A DNA stretch of 64,000 bases, taken from contig JAGIQG010000004.1 in assembly GCA_024679065.1 (NCBI GenBank), forward strand, positions 105,710,001 through 105,774,000. The letters run 5' to 3'. Shown here in pieces: positions 61,131 through 64,000 of this stretch. Source of the DNA: Sphyrna mokarran (taxonomy: Eukaryota). The notes below the pieces were generated by a model. It had not been told where the DNA came from, did not search any database, and worked only from the letters and a program-made list of their open reading frames with translations. The translations under genes and the position numbers were made by a program. Within the stretch, counting starts at the first letter, position 1; every line of letters starts with the position of its first letter.

Positions 61131-61974
61131 TGGTGGTTGAAGCTGAAGATCAGCGATTGTTGTGTTGAAAGGCAGAGCAGCTTGATGTTTCCTATAGTTT
61201 AGGAACTTTATAGTCTTTCAAAACCTAATGACTGCCATGTTGCTGTTTCAGAATTCTTCCTCCATCATTGATTTTTTTAAATACTCAAATTTTAATTTTA
61301 ACATGAGACTGAAACCACTGGTTCCACCACTTCTTTTCTCCTTTTCCAATACATTTCATTTTGTCTTTCTTTGTCTGAGATTCCAATTGATGCACTTCAA
61401 GAGCAAACTTGTATACCCCCTTGTACCTCAAGATTGTTCTTCTGAGAAGCTAGCTAACATATTGCTAACTTTCCTGACCAAAATGCTCTGTAAAGTCAGA
61501 GTCCACATATCCTTTGGCCCTTTCAGCTTTTCGGCCACCTTTTCAAATGAGCTAAATATTTATCAACTCTATCCTCAGTGAATTTAGGAATTTGATTTGT
61601 TTATATCAAAGTCTGGAGTGGAACTCAACTCATCATGTGAGCTACGACACCCACTTCCTCTCTTTAACCTTAGCTTTTGTCTAGCTAGTTTATATTGCCT
61701 CACTTCTTGCTCTCTTTGATTGAAACACTATAGCTCAAGCTTTTTGCACTGCATTTTTTTCAGTAGTTTTTAATTTCAGATCTTCTAATTTGCAGTTGAA
61801 TTCTAGCCAAACCAACTGAATTATCATCTGCATTAACCTCTCTTTTCCAATTAGATGTTTTGCTATTACTTCAGTTATGTCTGCTTTCTCAGCAGCTATT
61901 CACAACACTTGCATCAACCTTTGTGCAAATATGTCTCACTTTCCATCTGTTTTGCAATTCACTAAAGATTCTTT

Positions 61975-62260
61975 CATTTGTAAACCCATGACCATTTCCA
62001 TCTAGGAATACAAGGGCAGCAGATACATTGGAACTGTCACCTGCAAGCTCCTTTCCAAACCACTCACTATCCTGACTTGGAAATTTATCATTCCTTCGCA
62101 GTTGCTGGGTTAAAAGCCTGGAATTCTGTCGAACAACATTGTGGGTCAACCCACAATTCAAGGAAACAGCTTACCACTGCCATCTCAAGGGTAACTAAAG
62201 ACAGGTGATAAATGCTGGCCAAGCAGTGACATCCATGTCCTGTGAATGAATCAAAAAAAA
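61975..62260 (+). mobile_element. Family B LINE 3' end
   Basis: AACCCATGACCATTTCCATCTAGG..ATCCTGACTTGGAA..ATAAATGCTGGCC..GTGAATGAATCAAAAAAAA. Confidence 0.75.
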
Positions 62261-62797
62261 ATTATTAATTGTTGCAAACCACTTGAGATAAATCTTTTCT
62301 GTCCAGAAAAATTATGGCAAATGGACAACACTATTCTGTTTTTCAGTTACTTTAGTAACATTTACCACAGAAAATTTATCAATCCTAACTTCAGTAAGTG
62401 CGGCACTTAATTGTCTGTGAATTCAAAGTTCTGCAAGAGCCCCACATTTAATTTCTGATTCTGAACCATATCCTTAAATTTTTAGTACAATCTGGCTAGG
62501 TGCCAGTAACTTTGTTTAAAATAGACAAAAGATTGAGGTCTAAAAAATTTACTAAGTGGATAAAGCTGCAAGATTCCACAGTTTATGAATGAACAAAATA
62601 AGCTTGACAGGACCAGAAAGCTCAAACAATTTACAATATCTGTCTTATGCTCTAACATTTTGGATTAGTCTGAGGCAAATGTAAACTAACAGGTAATTAT
62701 GGTCAAACACACTTTACTGCACAATAAATGGCATATGCAACCAAGACAGATCCCACAAATTTCTCAGCAACCCATCCAGATGTCAGTATGAGCCACT

Positions 62798-63057
62798 GGA
62801 TAAAAACAAATTACCATGGATGCTGGAATCTGAAACCAAAAGAGAAAACTCAGCAGATCTGGCAGCGTCTGTAAGGAAAGGAAAAAGCTGATGTTTCAAG
62901 TCTAGATGACCCTTTGTCAAAGCTGATACTTTGACAAAGATTTGGAAATTTATCACCCTTTAATGTAGGATCATCTGGACTCGAAACATCAGCTCTTTCC
63001 TCTCCTTACAGATGCTACCAGACGTGCTGAGATTTTCCAGCATTTTCCCTTTTGGTT
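62798..63057. mobile_element. Palindromic Penelope-pLTR-derived element with degenerate ~13-bp TSD
   Basis: Arms about 62830-62921 and 62930-63061 are inverted (CTTTGTCAAAG/CTTTGACAAAG, CTCAGCAGATCTGGCAGCGTCTGTAAGGA/TCCTTACAGATGCTACCAGACGTGCTGAG); TCAGTATGAGCCA at 62783 vs TCAGTATAAGTCA at 63058. Confidence 0.75.
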
Positions 63058-63781
63058 TCAGTATAAGTCAACTATAGTCACAATCTCGCTTAAACACTGT
63101 CTGTCTGAGGAGGGATTCTGTCTTTACCTTCGAAGATCTAACCCCTGAATTCCTTCTCGAGTTGCTCCAACTCCAATTGCCTCAATAACTGCTCACCTCC
63201 AGTATTGCAATCTTGCCTCCTGAGACACTATTCCCCCAGATTTCGGAGTCTGCATTCCAGCACTAACTAATGTGCAATTTCATCTTTCCAGCTAAGGCAA
63301 TCAGAATACCATTGTTCCAAAGAGTTATCTTGACCCCAGTAATCCTCAGCATATTCACCACTCTTCTGCTTTCTCAGATCCCCAGGGCACCTGCTAACTT
63401 GATCCTTTTTTTTTGCTCCTCTCCCTGGTGGTTCCTATTAATGGGGATTGTTGCTCCTTCCTTGGTTTTCTCTGTCTGTGACTTTTCTCTCATCTCCTCT
63501 TCATCCCAGGACTCCTGTGATGACGCCAAATCTTATGACGCCAAAGTCCTAGATTCCATGATCAGATTTTCATGCTTTTTTTCTTCTCACAAGGTATGTT
63601 GGGCACTTGTCTTCAGCCCAAAGAATGCCAAACACTGTTCTGTGCACATAGAGCCCATTCCTGATCCATGCATGCAAGGAAACCCCTGGCACATGCAATT
63701 ATTTGTAGTTTCTTGCCATTGCTGCAGAATTGGATAAGTTGACTACAGGGAAAGTTAGAATTAATGGCTGCTAAAGATATA

Positions 63782-64000
63782 GGCTGGAAGTTTCTGTCTA
63801 TTCTTACTGGTGGGATCTTCTGGTCCCGCTGATGGTGAGCCCTTGCCATGGGTTCCTGAGTGGCAAGTATTGCAAATAAGAGGCAGGAGGTGCAAACAAT
63901 GGGAAACTGCTTTGACAGTGGTGGAACCAGAAGATCTTGTTGCTTGCCAATGGCAGGCTACTTCTGCTGCAGTGAAATATGCCACAAGGGATGCAGAAAA
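63782..64000. mobile_element. Harbinger-type MITE (runs off the right edge)
   Basis: GGCTGGAAGTTTC start, internal inverted repeat GATCTTCTGGTCCC / GAACCAGAAGATC, ends ..GCAGAAAA toward the second TIR. Confidence 0.55.

Larger units (their letters stand above)
59400..63600 (-). mobile_element. Decayed Gypsy (Gmr1-like) LTR retrotransposon 5' half: LTR, PBS, gag, protease; interrupted by LINEs and a palindrome
   Basis: gag IPKFTEDRVDKY..FEKVAEKLK.PKDMWTLTLQSIL (about 61600-61470); KADITEVIAKHL; protease ILKHTGADQSLM and a CNDLA motif resembling GNDLA; tRNA-Pro-like PBS TGGGGCTC at about 62437-62444; LTR right boundary uncertain. Confidence 0.65.

Noticed and set aside
63270-63737. 155-aa hydrophobic ORF
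   Set aside because: Pyrimidine-rich probable LTR sequence with no recognisable homology.
51530-64000. Next DIAPH2 exon (EDMNLNEEKK...)
   Set aside because: Not found by eye in this interval; presumably beyond the window, as exon 1 presumably is to the left.
1-64000. CRISPR array, prokaryotic operon or intact viral gene set
   Set aside because: No regularly spaced repeats or gene-dense region; the sequence is a vertebrate intron and the remaining short ORFs are TE fragments or chance.

Overview
Vertebrate genomic DNA, almost certainly a shark or other cartilaginous fish (HE1/V-SINEs, HER1/CR1 LINEs, a Deu-domain SINE, Penelope-like elements). The window lies inside the 5' part of the formin gene DIAPH2 (+ strand). 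Only two coding exons are present: a 33-nt frame-preserving microexon (48924-48956, NLNIKTLADDV) and the next 174-nt exon (51356-51529, RDRLTSFRKS...LSEKEILDLFEKMM). The rest is intron filled with nested, mostly decayed transposable elements: several CR1 subfamilies, Rex1/Babar, L1/Tx1, L2, RTE, Penelope-like, Gypsy/LTR, Harbinger-type MITEs and SINEs. There is also a tRNA-Val pseudogene and a 205-N assembly gap inside a G/GT repeat. The most unusual observations are: (1) U2 snRNA-derived segments inside a Gypsy-like remnant; (2) a young CR1 whose long 3' UTR carries a V-SINE core; (3) short palindromic Penelope-derived elements with 11-14 bp target-site duplications and decayed hammerhead cores; (4) a dense RBFOX/QKI/GU-rich motif arrangement around the DIAPH2 microexon. 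TE boundaries were read by eye and are approximate unless a TSD or splice site is quoted. Family names come from remembered consensus motifs, not from database searches.
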